DNA of 32,000 bases from Mycolicibacterium smegmatis (GTDB lineage Bacteria; Actinomycetota; Actinomycetes; Mycobacteriales; Mycobacteriaceae): positions 4,080,001-4,112,000 of the forward strand of contig NZ_LN831039.1 of the NCBI RefSeq assembly GCF_001457595.1, read 5' to 3'. A program made the translations under genes and the position numbers. Below the pieces are notes generated by a model. It made no database searches. It saw nothing but the letters and a program-made list of their open reading frames with translations, and was not told the DNA's origin. This document shows, in pieces, positions 18,540 to 27,368 of the stretch (positions within the stretch are counted from its first letter, which is position 1; each line of letters begins with the position of its first letter).

Positions 18540-19523
18540 ATGCCTGCACCGGCGGTGCCCCAGTCAGTGATCACCGAGGCCGTCGGGCTGGCATGCCGGG
18601 CACCGTCGCTGCACAACAGCCAACCGTGGCGGTGGGTCGACCACGGAACCTCGGTCGACCTGTTCCTCGATCATCACCGCATCGTGCGGTCGTCCGACAG
18701 CTCGGGACGCGAAGCACACATCAGTTGCGGTGCAGCCCTTGATCATCTCCGTGTCGCGATGGCCGCCGCCGGCTGGGTGATTCATGTGGATCGGTTCCCC
18801 AACCCCAACAACCGCGAGCATCTCGCGAACATCCAGTTCAGCCCGGTCGCTCATGTCACCGACGCCATGCGCGACCGGGCGTCCGCGATAACCCGTCGCC
18901 GGACCGATCGACTCCCGCTGCACCCACCGGCGCATTGGGACACCGTGGCCCCCTTGGTGAACGCTGCCATCGACCACGAGGCCGTCCGGTTCGTGATGCT
19001 GGCCGACGATGCACGCGGCAGGCTTGCCGAGGCCTCACAACTCACCGAATCGCTTCGCCGATACGACGAGTTCTATCATCGCGAATTGCAATGGTGGACA
19101 GCGAATGTGCGGCATTCCGACGGTGTACCCGCCGAGGCCCTCGTGTCGTCGCCAGAAGCCGAGCGTGTCGGGGTGAACCGAGCGTTTCCGTCCCGTGAGC
19201 ACGCCGAACGCCGTCCGGATGTGGCACGCGACGAAGCCAGGATCGCCGTGCTGATCACCCCCGAGGACACTCCCCGCGACGCGATCGCCTGCGGTGAAGC
19301 ACTTTCGACGATTCTGCTGGAATGCACCATGGCAGGCCTGGCCACATGCCCGCTGACCCACATCACCGAGATGCCGGAAAGTCGTCGCATCATCCTGGAT
19401 CTGGCAGGGACCACCGGGATACCTCAGGTACTCATCAGGATCGGTTCCGCACCCCCGGTCGACGACGTGCCACCGGTGACGCCGCGTCGGTCACTGGCCG
19501 AGGTCTTGGAAGTCGATCGCTGA
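18540..19523 (+). CDS. Acg-type nitroreductase family protein
   Basis: 327 aa. [75 protein letters not shown]. Confidence 0.88.
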   Translation: MPAPAVPQSVITEAVGLACRAPSLHNSQPWRWVDHGTSVDLFLDHHRIVRSSDSSGREAHISCGAALDHLRVAMAAAGWVIHVDRFPNPNNREHLANIQFSPVAHVTDAMRDRASAITRRRTDRLPLHPPAHWDTVAPLVNAAIDHEAVRFVMLADDARGRLAEASQLTESLRRYDEFYHRELQWWTANVRHSDGVPAEALVSSPEAERVGVNRAFPSREHAERRPDVARDEARIAVLITPEDTPRDAIACGEALSTILLECTMAGLATCPLTHITEMPESRRIILDLAGTTGIPQVLIRIGSAPPVDDVPPVTPRRSLAEVLEVDR

Positions 19524-20432
19524 GTGCTGCGATCCGTCTGCCCGGACCGCAACCGGGGAGCGGTAGAGTGCCGCGCCTGCGACGGGACCCGCAGCTCCGG
19601 CGACCAGCAGAACAGGGCGAGTGTCCACCGGACCGCTATCACCACCTCCGCTGTCCCGGCGGCGCAGGGCCGCGGGTAGGGCCGCGGTGTGCGTTCTCGG
19701 ATCGGCCGCCACCACCAGATGCGCCGGTGGGACACCCAGTTTGGCGGCCAGCGCGGCTCGGAATCGTTGCCGAGCCGGCGCAACGCAGATCGCGACGTCG
19801 GAAAGTGTCAACGAGGACTCCGCCAGACAGCTCGATGCCGCCAGCGCACATACACCCGCCAAATCGACATCGAACGCCGCGGATTCCTGGAATCGCAGCA
19901 CATTTCGGCCATCTCTGAACCCCACACGGGCGCAGAATCCCTCTCCGTCTGTCCTGGCGGACCATCGCACCGGGCCGAGGCCGTCGTCACCGTCGTTCCA
20001 GCGGCACAACAACGCCGACCCGACGGGTGAGTACGGGAAATGCTTGCTCATACCGAATCCCGGGTTGGCGTCGCTGGCTACGATCAGAGCCGCCTTGATG
20101 ATCCCGGCCCGAAGGAAACCGTCGACGATCTGCAGTGCGGTCAGTACCCCGCACTCGCCGTTGGCGACGTCGAACGAGAACGTACCGTGCTCACCGGTAT
20201 GTGGATCGTGGAGATTCGCACCGATCATCTCCTGGATCAACGCCGCCAGCGCGGGCTCGCCCAGGTTTCTGTCCCGGTAGATGCCGGCGTTGATCAGGAG
20301 ATCGATACTGTCGGGATCGCATCCGGCCCGATGCAGACAACGCTTCGCCGCAGCAACAGCCAGACGCAACGCACTGTGACGGTTACGCCAACCAGCCTCG
20401 GAAATCTCGACGCGTTCAATGATCGTTCCCAT
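19491..20432 (-). CDS. KAS III/FabH-like thiolase-fold protein lacking the recognisable Cys-His-Asn triad (candidate non-catalytic partner subunit)
   Basis: 313 aa. LRLAVAAAKRCLHRAGCDPDSIDLLINAG, FSFDVANGECGVLTALQIVDGFLRAG, KAALIVASDANPG. Start overlaps the upstream KAS III gene by 17 nt. Confidence 0.75.
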   Translation of the reverse strand: MGTIIERVEISEAGWRNRHSALRLAVAAAKRCLHRAGCDPDSIDLLINAGIYRDRNLGEPALAALIQEMIGANLHDPHTGEHGTFSFDVANGECGVLTALQIVDGFLRAGIIKAALIVASDANPGFGMSKHFPYSPVGSALLCRWNDGDDGLGPVRWSARTDGEGFCARVGFRDGRNVLRFQESAAFDVDLAGVCALAASSCLAESSLTLSDVAICVAPARQRFRAALAAKLGVPPAHLVVAADPRTHTAALPAALRRRDSGGGDSGPVDTRPVLLVAGAAGPVAGAALYRSPVAVRADGSQHSAIDFQDLGQ

Positions 20433-21495
20433 AGCGTTTCACCAGATCCTCGTCAACGGTCAGCAAGATGATGCCGATCTCCAGCCCGGAGGCCAGCGCG
20501 ATCAATGCGACGGTTTCGCCGGGTTCGATGCGGCGGGCTTCCAGTTCCTCGATCAGCGCCACGGTGTGCGTCGTCGACGCGGTGTTGCCGTACCGGTCGA
20601 CGGTGATGACCGCGTCGTGACGCGGGTGATCGCCGAATTCGGCTGCCATCACGGCCATCCCCTTCTTGATCGCCCGCGCCGAAGTCTGGTGCGTGATGAC
20701 ATGGTCGATGTCATCGATGGAAATGCCCGCGGTGTCGAGCACTTCGCGCAGGAGTACCGGGGTGTTGGTGATCGCGGCGCGGTGAATTGCCCGGGAATCG
20801 GTGAACATGCGGGCACCGGGATCCCTGCCCTTGGGATACGCCAGACACAACCGGCTGTAATCCGCGATCGTGGTGAATCCGGCCAGGGTGATTCCTGATC
20901 CCCCGGCAGGTACGCGTTCGAGCAGCAGGGCCGCGCCCGCGTCACCGAGCGTGAGCGAGGCGAGTTCCTTGCTCAGCACTGTGCGAATGTGTTTGGCGGC
21001 GTTCTGGCCGAGCTGTGAGATGTACTCTCCGCTGACCACCATGCCCCGGGCGACGAGACCCTGCCGGATCCAGGTGTTGAGCACCATGACGCCGGTGAGC
21101 ATCCCCGCGCACGCGTTGGAGATGTCGAAGGTCATCGCGTCCCGCGCACCGATCGCATGCGCGACGTCGCTGCTCATCGTCGGCTCAAGGTACTGCGTGA
21201 GCCCACCATGGAATTTCGTGATACTGCAATTGATCACCACCTCGACCGAGTCGGCTGATCGGTCGGCCTTCTCGAGGCAGTCCAGCGCGGCTTTCGTCGC
21301 GAGACTGTAGGAGTCGTCCTCGCCCAGCGATACTCGCCGCTCGCGGATCCCGGTCAACCGCTCCAGGTCGATATGTGTGTTGTGCCTGGTCTCCGACATC
21401 AGCTCGCTCGTGGTCAGGCGCGTCTTCGGAAGGCAACGGCCCGCGGCGGCGATCCGGGTGCGAAATGGCGACGACGCTTCATCCGCGGCGTCCAT
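20416..21495 (-). CDS. 3-oxoacyl-ACP synthase III (KAS III/FabH-like) with intact triad; start 21495 or 21516
   Basis: RIAAAGRCLPKTRLTTSELM; TFDISNACAGMLTG (active Cys); IDHVITHQTSARAI (His); TVDRYGNTASTTH (Asn). Confidence 0.88.
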   Translation of the reverse strand: MDAADEASSPFRTRIAAAGRCLPKTRLTTSELMSETRHNTHIDLERLTGIRERRVSLGEDDSYSLATKAALDCLEKADRSADSVEVVINCSITKFHGGLTQYLEPTMSSDVAHAIGARDAMTFDISNACAGMLTGVMVLNTWIRQGLVARGMVVSGEYISQLGQNAAKHIRTVLSKELASLTLGDAGAALLLERVPAGGSGITLAGFTTIADYSRLCLAYPKGRDPGARMFTDSRAIHRAAITNTPVLLREVLDTAGISIDDIDHVITHQTSARAIKKGMAVMAAEFGDHPRHDAVITVDRYGNTASTTHTVALIEELEARRIEPGETVALIALASGLEIGIILLTVDEDLVKRYGNDH

Positions 21496-21666
21496 CACCA
21501 GCCAGTGCGGTCCCATTCGAGAAGGATGCGTCGGCAGCTCTCGCTCATGCAGGGCCGTTGGTCACCGCGGCGAAGTCGGAAAGACACTCGCCCGTGGGTC
21601 CCCGCTGTGTCATGGTCGGCACGTGGCCCGTTGGAGCATCACACCGATGCCGCTCAGGACGACGTC

Positions 21667-24351
21667 GTGACCGACGACGAAGACCGGCGGCCGATAGCCG
21701 ACCTACCGGACGCTCTGGATCACTTCGATGAGATCCGTGACCTGCTCGCGTTTCGCAACCCCGCGTCCCTGCCCGTGTTCATCGGTAATCCCGCCGACGA
21801 CTCCGCATTCCGGACGGTGCGCCGTGACGGTATCGGCATCGTCGTCGTCACACACGCCGAAGACGAGAAGAGGTCGACCACGGCGACCTTCCGGCTCGAC
21901 AGTCCCGGCGCTGCAGCCACTTTCCGGCACCGGCTGGCGCAGGAGGCCGATCGGCCCACGTCGATCGATCCGGGATGGGTGCTGACCTTCGACGGATACG
22001 ATCCGGCGAACGAACGGTTCAGGGAAGCCTTGTGCACCCTGGGAAACGGCTACTTCGCGACACGCGGTTGCGCGCCCGAGGCGCCGGCAGGCCGGTTCCA
22101 CTATCCGGGCACCTACGTCGCCGGCATCTACAACCGGCTCACCGACGAGATCGCCGGCCATCGCACCGACAACGAGAGCCTGGTCAATCTGCCGAACTGG
22201 CTCGCCCTGACATTCCGGTTCGACGACGGCCCGTGGCTCGACGTCGACGACACCGACCTGCAGTCCTACCAGCAGACCCTCGATCTGCGTCGGGGGGTGC
22301 TCACTCGGCAATTCCGCTTCTGCGACAAGGCCGGACGTGTCGCCACCGTGACCCAGCATCGACTGGTCGCCATGCACCTCCCACACCTCGCGATGCTGCA
22401 GACGATGGTCACCGCAGAGAACTTCTCGGGCACCGTCGAGTTCCGGTCCGAGATCGACGGCGCGGTGACCAACAGCCTGGTGGAGCGCTATCGTGACCTG
22501 TCGAACGTTCACCTCGTCGGACACGAAAAGCGTTCGCTGACCGCCGATTCGCTGTTGCTGACCGCACATACGTGCCAGTCTCACATCCGAGTGGCAGTGG
22601 CGCTTCGCAACACAGTGTGGCGCGGCGACTCGCCTGCCCGGGCCGACTACACGTTGGTCGACGACCGTCGGCGTGCTGGTCACGTCATCAGCTGCTACAT
22701 CGAAGCGGGTCAGCCGGTCACCCTGGAGAAGGCCGTGTCCGTCGCGACGAGTCGCGATCACGCGACCTGTGAAGCCGCCAACGAAGCCACGCGCCGCCTG
22801 CAGTGGGTCGACCGCTATCACGATGTGCAGCAGGCACACACCACGGCGTGGGGCCAGCTGTGGGAGCGTTTCGACGTCGATATCGGCGGCAGGACCGACG
22901 AACTGCGCACCGTGCGCCTGCACCTTCTCCACACCCTGCAGACGCTGTCACCGCACGTTCGTGATCTCGACATCGGGGTTCCCGCTCGTGGTCTCACCGG
23001 TGAGGCATATCGCGGGCACATCTTCTGGGACGAACTGTTCGTCGCCCCTGTGGTCAGCCTGCGCCGACCGGCGCTCACCCGTGCGCTACTGGCCTACCGT
23101 CATCGCCGCCTACCCGAGGCTCGCCGCGCGGCCCGTGACGCAGGTTTCACCGGGGCGATGTTCCCCTGGCAGTCCGGGAGCAACGGCCGCGAGGAGAGTC
23201 CGGCACTTCACCTCAATCCGCGTTCGGGCCGCTGGAATCCGGACCCGAGTGCCCTGGCGCATCACGTGGGACTTGCTGTCGCCTACAACATCTGGCAGTA
23301 CTACCAGGTCACCGACGATCTGGAGTACCTGATCGACTACGGCGCCGAGACGTTGTTGGAGATCGCCCGTTTCTGGGCAGGTCTGGCGCTGTTCAGCCGA
23401 GAACGTGGACGCTATGTGATCCCCGGGGTGATCGGTCCCGACGAGTTCCACACGGGCTATCCCGGACGGCTCTACGACGGCATCGACAACAACGCGTACA
23501 CCAACGTCATGGCGGTGTGGGTGATCCTGCGGGCCCTCGACGCGCTGGATGCCATGCCCCTGGCCGACCGAACCGCGTTGCTGGAAAGGCTGGGACTGCA
23601 CGGGGACGAGCTCGACAAGTGGGAAGACGTCAGCCACCGCATGTTCGTGCCATTCCACAACGGCGTGATCAGCCAGTTCGAGGGTTACGAGTCGCTGGTC
23701 GAACTGGATTGGGACCGTTATCGGCATGAGTACGGGAACATTCAGCGACTCGACCGCATCCTGGAGGCCGAGAACGACAACGTGAACCGCTACAAGGCTT
23801 CCAAACAGGCCGACGTATTGATGCTGTTCTATCTGTTGTCCGCCGACGAGATACGGGAACTGCTGGCGCGTCTGGGTTACCGATTCACTCCGAAGCAGAT
23901 CCCAGAGACCGTCGACTACTACCTGTCACGCACCTCGCACGGATCGACGCTCAGCGCCGTCGTCCACTCCTGGGTTCTGGCACGCGGCCACCGCGAGCAG
24001 GCCATGGAGTTCTTTGTGCAGGCCCTGAATTCCGATGTGGCCGACATCCAGGGCGGCACAACAGCCGAAGGCATCCATCTGGCCGCGATGGCCGGAAGCG
24101 TCGACCTGCTGCAGCGGTGCTTCACCGGCTTGGAAACCCGCGGCGACCGACTGGTTCTCGGCCCGTGCTGGCCAGAAGCGTTGGGAGTACTGTCCTTCCG
24201 GATGTACTACCGCGGTCACAACTTGCATCTACGTGTCAGCGGCCGAACCGCGTCCGTGATCTCCGCCATCGGCTCCGCGGCGCCCATCACCCTCGAATGC
24301 CGCGGCCGCACCTGGCAACTCTGCGCCGGCACCACGATCGACGTCGGCTGA
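21667..24351 (+). CDS. Glycoside hydrolase/phosphorylase family 65 protein with short N-terminal trehalose-phosphatase-like remnant (GTG start proposed)
   Basis: GH65 core: NERFREALCTLGNGYFATRGCAPE, GLTGEAYRGHIFWDELFVAP, GVIGPDEFHTGYPGRLYDGIDNNAYTNVMA, KQADVLMLFYLL, YYLSRTSHGSTLS, DIQGGTTAEGIHLAAMAG. ORF extends to 21373, but the codons before ~21667 look low-complexity and Arg-rich and overlap the divergent gene. Confidence 0.88.
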   Translation: MTDDEDRRPIADLPDALDHFDEIRDLLAFRNPASLPVFIGNPADDSAFRTVRRDGIGIVVVTHAEDEKRSTTATFRLDSPGAAATFRHRLAQEADRPTSIDPGWVLTFDGYDPANERFREALCTLGNGYFATRGCAPEAPAGRFHYPGTYVAGIYNRLTDEIAGHRTDNESLVNLPNWLALTFRFDDGPWLDVDDTDLQSYQQTLDLRRGVLTRQFRFCDKAGRVATVTQHRLVAMHLPHLAMLQTMVTAENFSGTVEFRSEIDGAVTNSLVERYRDLSNVHLVGHEKRSLTADSLLLTAHTCQSHIRVAVALRNTVWRGDSPARADYTLVDDRRRAGHVISCYIEAGQPVTLEKAVSVATSRDHATCEAANEATRRLQWVDRYHDVQQAHTTAWGQLWERFDVDIGGRTDELRTVRLHLLHTLQTLSPHVRDLDIGVPARGLTGEAYRGHIFWDELFVAPVVSLRRPALTRALLAYRHRRLPEARRAARDAGFTGAMFPWQSGSNGREESPALHLNPRSGRWNPDPSALAHHVGLAVAYNIWQYYQVTDDLEYLIDYGAETLLEIARFWAGLALFSRERGRYVIPGVIGPDEFHTGYPGRLYDGIDNNAYTNVMAVWVILRALDALDAMPLADRTALLERLGLHGDELDKWEDVSHRMFVPFHNGVISQFEGYESLVELDWDRYRHEYGNIQRLDRILEAENDNVNRYKASKQADVLMLFYLLSADEIRELLARLGYRFTPKQIPETVDYYLSRTSHGSTLSAVVHSWVLARGHREQAMEFFVQALNSDVADIQGGTTAEGIHLAAMAGSVDLLQRCFTGLETRGDRLVLGPCWPEALGVLSFRMYYRGHNLHLRVSGRTASVISAIGSAAPITLECRGRTWQLCAGTTIDVG

Positions 24352-24353
24352 AC

Positions 24354-25358
24354 CTACTCCGATTCCGGCTCGAACGGCGACCCGTCGAGCCATCGCACTG
24401 CGTCGGCGACGTGACGGCGCGGCGTCGGAGGCAGCGGGTCGGCATTGACCGGCGCCCAGCCCACGCGCAACATCATCTGCGGGAATGCGCTGGCGCCGAA
24501 CACCTCGGCCTGCACGGCATCTCGCGTCTCACTGATCTCCAGCGGTTCGGTCACCGGGCACGTCGCCAGTCCCATGGCCGTTGCCGTCAACAGGATCAGG
24601 CTGGTGGCCTCACCGGCGCGAAGGCGCGACATCCGGGTGTCGTCCGCGGTGCCCAGCGCCAACACCACCGCCCCCTCGTCGGCGCCGGCGCCTGTGTCCG
24701 GCTGCTTGAGTGCCGCGCCCGCGAACATGCGCGACGACAGCGGCGCACCGGGCTCCGGTTTCGGCGCGCTTCTGGCGGGGACGCCCGCCGTCGACGCGTA
24801 CTTGCCGCTCCACGCCGTCAACTCCCGCAGGTAGCCGTCGTCGGCCGCGTGACGGGCGATCGATTCGGCCACGATGTCCTGTAGTCGTGACAGCGACTCG
24901 ACGCGGCGCAGCATCACCCCTGCTCGGGCCGCGCGCGCACCCATCATCGCGATGTCCGAATGCGATACCGGCCATGCGCTGTAGTGGCGTCGGTCCGTGC
25001 GTCGCCGTGGAATGGCCGCGGCCAATGCGATGTCGAGGTCTGTCGGAGTCTGTCGACGCAGTTCGATGGACGCCAGATGTTCGGGCTCCGCCGGATTCGG
25101 CAGGCGATGCACCGAGGCATACCACCCCAGCGCGGCGAAGGCGATCACGCAGTGGTGCAGCGCCGCGCCGCAGCTGAGGAGCAGATCCCGGCTGTCGGGA
25201 TCGGTGCTCGTCAGATGCCGATCGAGGTCCGCGTACAGGTGCACGCTCCGCTCGCCGACTCGCCACTGCCACGGCTGCGAGTTGTGGATCGACGGTGCCC
25301 GCATGGCGAGAGCCAACGCCGCATGGATCGTCTCGGTATCCGGGAAGTGCGTATTCAT
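24354..25358 (-). CDS. Acg-type nitroreductase family protein
   Basis: From MNTHFPDTETIHAALALAMRAPSIHNSQPWQWRVGERSVHLYAD (ATG 25358). IPRRRTDRRHYSAWP, GEATSLILLTATAMGLATCPVTEPLE. Confidence 0.86.
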   Translation of the reverse strand: MNTHFPDTETIHAALALAMRAPSIHNSQPWQWRVGERSVHLYADLDRHLTSTDPDSRDLLLSCGAALHHCVIAFAALGWYASVHRLPNPAEPEHLASIELRRQTPTDLDIALAAAIPRRRTDRRHYSAWPVSHSDIAMMGARAARAGVMLRRVESLSRLQDIVAESIARHAADDGYLRELTAWSGKYASTAGVPARSAPKPEPGAPLSSRMFAGAALKQPDTGAGADEGAVVLALGTADDTRMSRLRAGEATSLILLTATAMGLATCPVTEPLEISETRDAVQAEVFGASAFPQMMLRVGWAPVNADPLPPTPRRHVADAVRWLDGSPFEPESE

Positions 25359-25386
25359 GGCGGTCCGTTCTGACGAGTTTTCTCGA

Positions 25387-25677
25387 TCATCTCGCCGCCG
25401 CGCGACAGTTATAAAGAGACGAAAGTCCCCTTGCATGGAGGAACTCGGACCTGTCGGGCACCGGGATGCGACTACAGATCGCCACACGGGTGAAGGCATT
25501 GATCACGATGACGACCCAGTGGACAGCCGCGATCTGCCGGGGCGAAAGGGCGTAGTTGATCTCGGTGCGAATCGCGTCGGGCAGAATCGCAGTCGAGATA
25601 TTGGTGACGTACTCGGTGATGTGCAGAGCGGCCATCTCGACACGCCGATAGCACCGCCAAGCGGTCAGGCTGCGCAC
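25387..25677 (-). pseudogene. C-terminal remnant of a carboxymuconolactone decarboxylase/AhpD-like protein
   Basis: MAALHITEYVTNISTAILPDAIRTEINYALSPRQIAAVHWVVIVINAFTRVAICSRIPVP resembles the C-terminal half of CMD-family proteins. The catalytic CxxC/His half is absent and the upstream flank is the HNH gene. Confidence 0.5.
25416..25429. promoter_or_regulatory. Candidate DosR box upstream of the nitroreductase (GAGACGAAAGTCCC)
   Basis: Reverse complement GGGACTTTCGTCTC matches the DosR core well; 58 bp upstream of start 25358. Confidence 0.75.
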
Positions 25678-25680
25678 GGG

Positions 25681-27264
25681 TTACTGCATGCCAGGCCCGT
25701 GCGCATCCGGTGGTGGCCGGTCACGCTGGGCGAGGTACGCCTCATTGCGGGCGCGTTCGGCGGCGAGCCGCCGCGCTTCTTCCGCCGCGCGCGTGCGTCG
25801 GCGCCGCGGCATCATCGCCGCGCGGGCCGCTATCTCCGACGGCGTCATCGGCGGTGGCGGTGTCGGTGGGGGCGGCAGCGCGGCGGTCGTGGTGTCCCAC
25901 TGCGGGAACAACGCGCGGCTGGCGGGAACCGTCGTATAGACATGCCCGGTCGGGCTGGTCCAGATCACCGTGCCGTCAGGGAGCTGCCGGTCCGACCAGC
26001 CGAGCCAGAACGTCTTGAGCAAGTGATGAATTCGGCATAGGCATTTGGTGTTCGACGGATGCGTCACGCCCGTCGGCCACGGCGTGGTGTGGTCGACGTC
26101 GCAGAAATCCGCCGGGCGCGAGCATCCCGGAAACCGACATGTCATATCCCGCATCCGCACGAAGCAATCCATGGCCACCGAGGGACGGTACGAGGCGCAG
26201 ATGTCATCGGGCACGGTGAGTTCTTTGACCTTGGCGCCATCGGCGATCAACTGCGCCACCAGCGGTGCGGGCACCACCCCGCCCCCGAGGACCACCGCAC
26301 CACCACGGCCGGGATGCGCCGATTGTGGCGTCCAGGGTTTGGGTTCTGGTTCAGGCGGTTTGCGAACCGGCTCGGGCGTGGGCTCCGGCTCCGGCGTTGG
26401 CGTCGGCTCGAAGTAGGGAATCGGGTTGGACTCGTGGTCGCCGTCCAGGTACCGGTCGACCGGGCCGTGTACCGCCGCCGGTTCGGCGAAGACATGAACC
26501 ATGGTGTTGGCCGCCCGCGGGTCGATCCCCGCCGCAGGGCATTCGGGATCACCGCACCGACAAGTCAGCCGATCCCCGTAGTGACCCAGCACTCCCATGG
26601 CGTCCGAGAGTCGCTGCCCCTTGGTGCGTGGATCGTCGGGGCATTGCCCAGACGACATTGCCCCGACACGGTTTTTCAACGCGACAGCATCAACGTTCGT
26701 CAACCGCGCGTGAACCGAGGTGATACCCGTCTCGTCATCGGGATGGCCAAACCACACACCCCGAGACCGCACGGCCGTCCGGGTGCGACGCACCGCCGCC
26801 GGATCCACGCTGTCGACCACCTTGTCGACGGCCCCCTCCAACTCGGCGATGGTCATGGCGCCGAACTCGGCGATGCGGGATGCCAACTGAGCATCGACTG
26901 CCGCCATCGTCTGCGTGTCGTCGATCAGGCGCGTGCGCCAGGTCAGCGTCTCGACCACCCGCGTGCTCACCGCGCCCTCGGCGAACTGTGCCGCCACCAA
27001 CGGCAACCGGTCGCGCAACGCCACCGCGATTCGCATCAGTCTCGACGCCGACCGCTGCCCGATGTTCAGCGCGGCCGCCACCTCGGCTGACGCGGCATCC
27101 CAGTCATCACACGCCCACCACACGACCGTGTCTTCGGAATCAGCCGTGCGCCGGTCGACGAACTCTGCGATGAACGCGAACCGCCGCGCCGCGGCGGCCG
27201 ACTCCGCGCGCGACTCCCCCGCGATTCCGGCAATCAAGGCCGCGTCGTCAAGGGTTTCGCACAT
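25681..27264 (-). CDS. 13E12-repeat family protein: DUF222 plus HNH endonuclease domain
   Basis: 527 aa. HNH motif MTCRFPGCSRPADFCDVDHTTPWPTGVTHPSNTKCLCRIHHLLKTF; DUF222-like N-terminal half; Pro/Glu-rich linker. Confidence 0.88.
   Translation of the reverse strand: MCETLDDAALIAGIAGESRAESAAAARRFAFIAEFVDRRTADSEDTVVWWACDDWDAASAEVAAALNIGQRSASRLMRIAVALRDRLPLVAAQFAEGAVSTRVVETLTWRTRLIDDTQTMAAVDAQLASRIAEFGAMTIAELEGAVDKVVDSVDPAAVRRTRTAVRSRGVWFGHPDDETGITSVHARLTNVDAVALKNRVGAMSSGQCPDDPRTKGQRLSDAMGVLGHYGDRLTCRCGDPECPAAGIDPRAANTMVHVFAEPAAVHGPVDRYLDGDHESNPIPYFEPTPTPEPEPTPEPVRKPPEPEPKPWTPQSAHPGRGGAVVLGGGVVPAPLVAQLIADGAKVKELTVPDDICASYRPSVAMDCFVRMRDMTCRFPGCSRPADFCDVDHTTPWPTGVTHPSNTKCLCRIHHLLKTFWLGWSDRQLPDGTVIWTSPTGHVYTTVPASRALFPQWDTTTAALPPPPTPPPPMTPSEIAARAAMMPRRRRTRAAEEARRLAAERARNEAYLAQRDRPPPDAHGPGMQ
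26336..26414 (-). repeat. Low-complexity Pro-Glu/Thr-Pro coding repeat (PTPTPEPEPTPEPVRKPPEPEPKP) in the HNH protein linker
   Basis: Visible in the translated protein and in the ggctc(c)gg-rich DNA; coordinates approximate. Confidence 0.7.
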
Positions 27265-27368
27265 ACGTTCGATGTTGCCATCCCGCCTGCCGTCGCGACA
27301 GGTGTGGCGGCCGATCTGTGGATGAAATCGGGTCTGGGGATAACTCTGACGACGTCGCCCGCAGCGCC

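Noticed and set aside
21373-21666. N-terminal extension of the GH65 ORF
   Set aside because: Arg-rich and overlaps the divergent KAS III gene; a GTG at 21667 gives a more plausible start.
21703-22932. Minus-strand ORF (409 aa) opposite the GH65 gene
   Set aside because: Shadow ORF of the GH65 coding frame; no family features.
26247-26640. Possible repeat array or CRISPR in the Pro/Glu-coding stretch
   Set aside because: The short ggctccggct-like units are codon-level low complexity inside the HNH protein; no unique spacers or regular repeat length.
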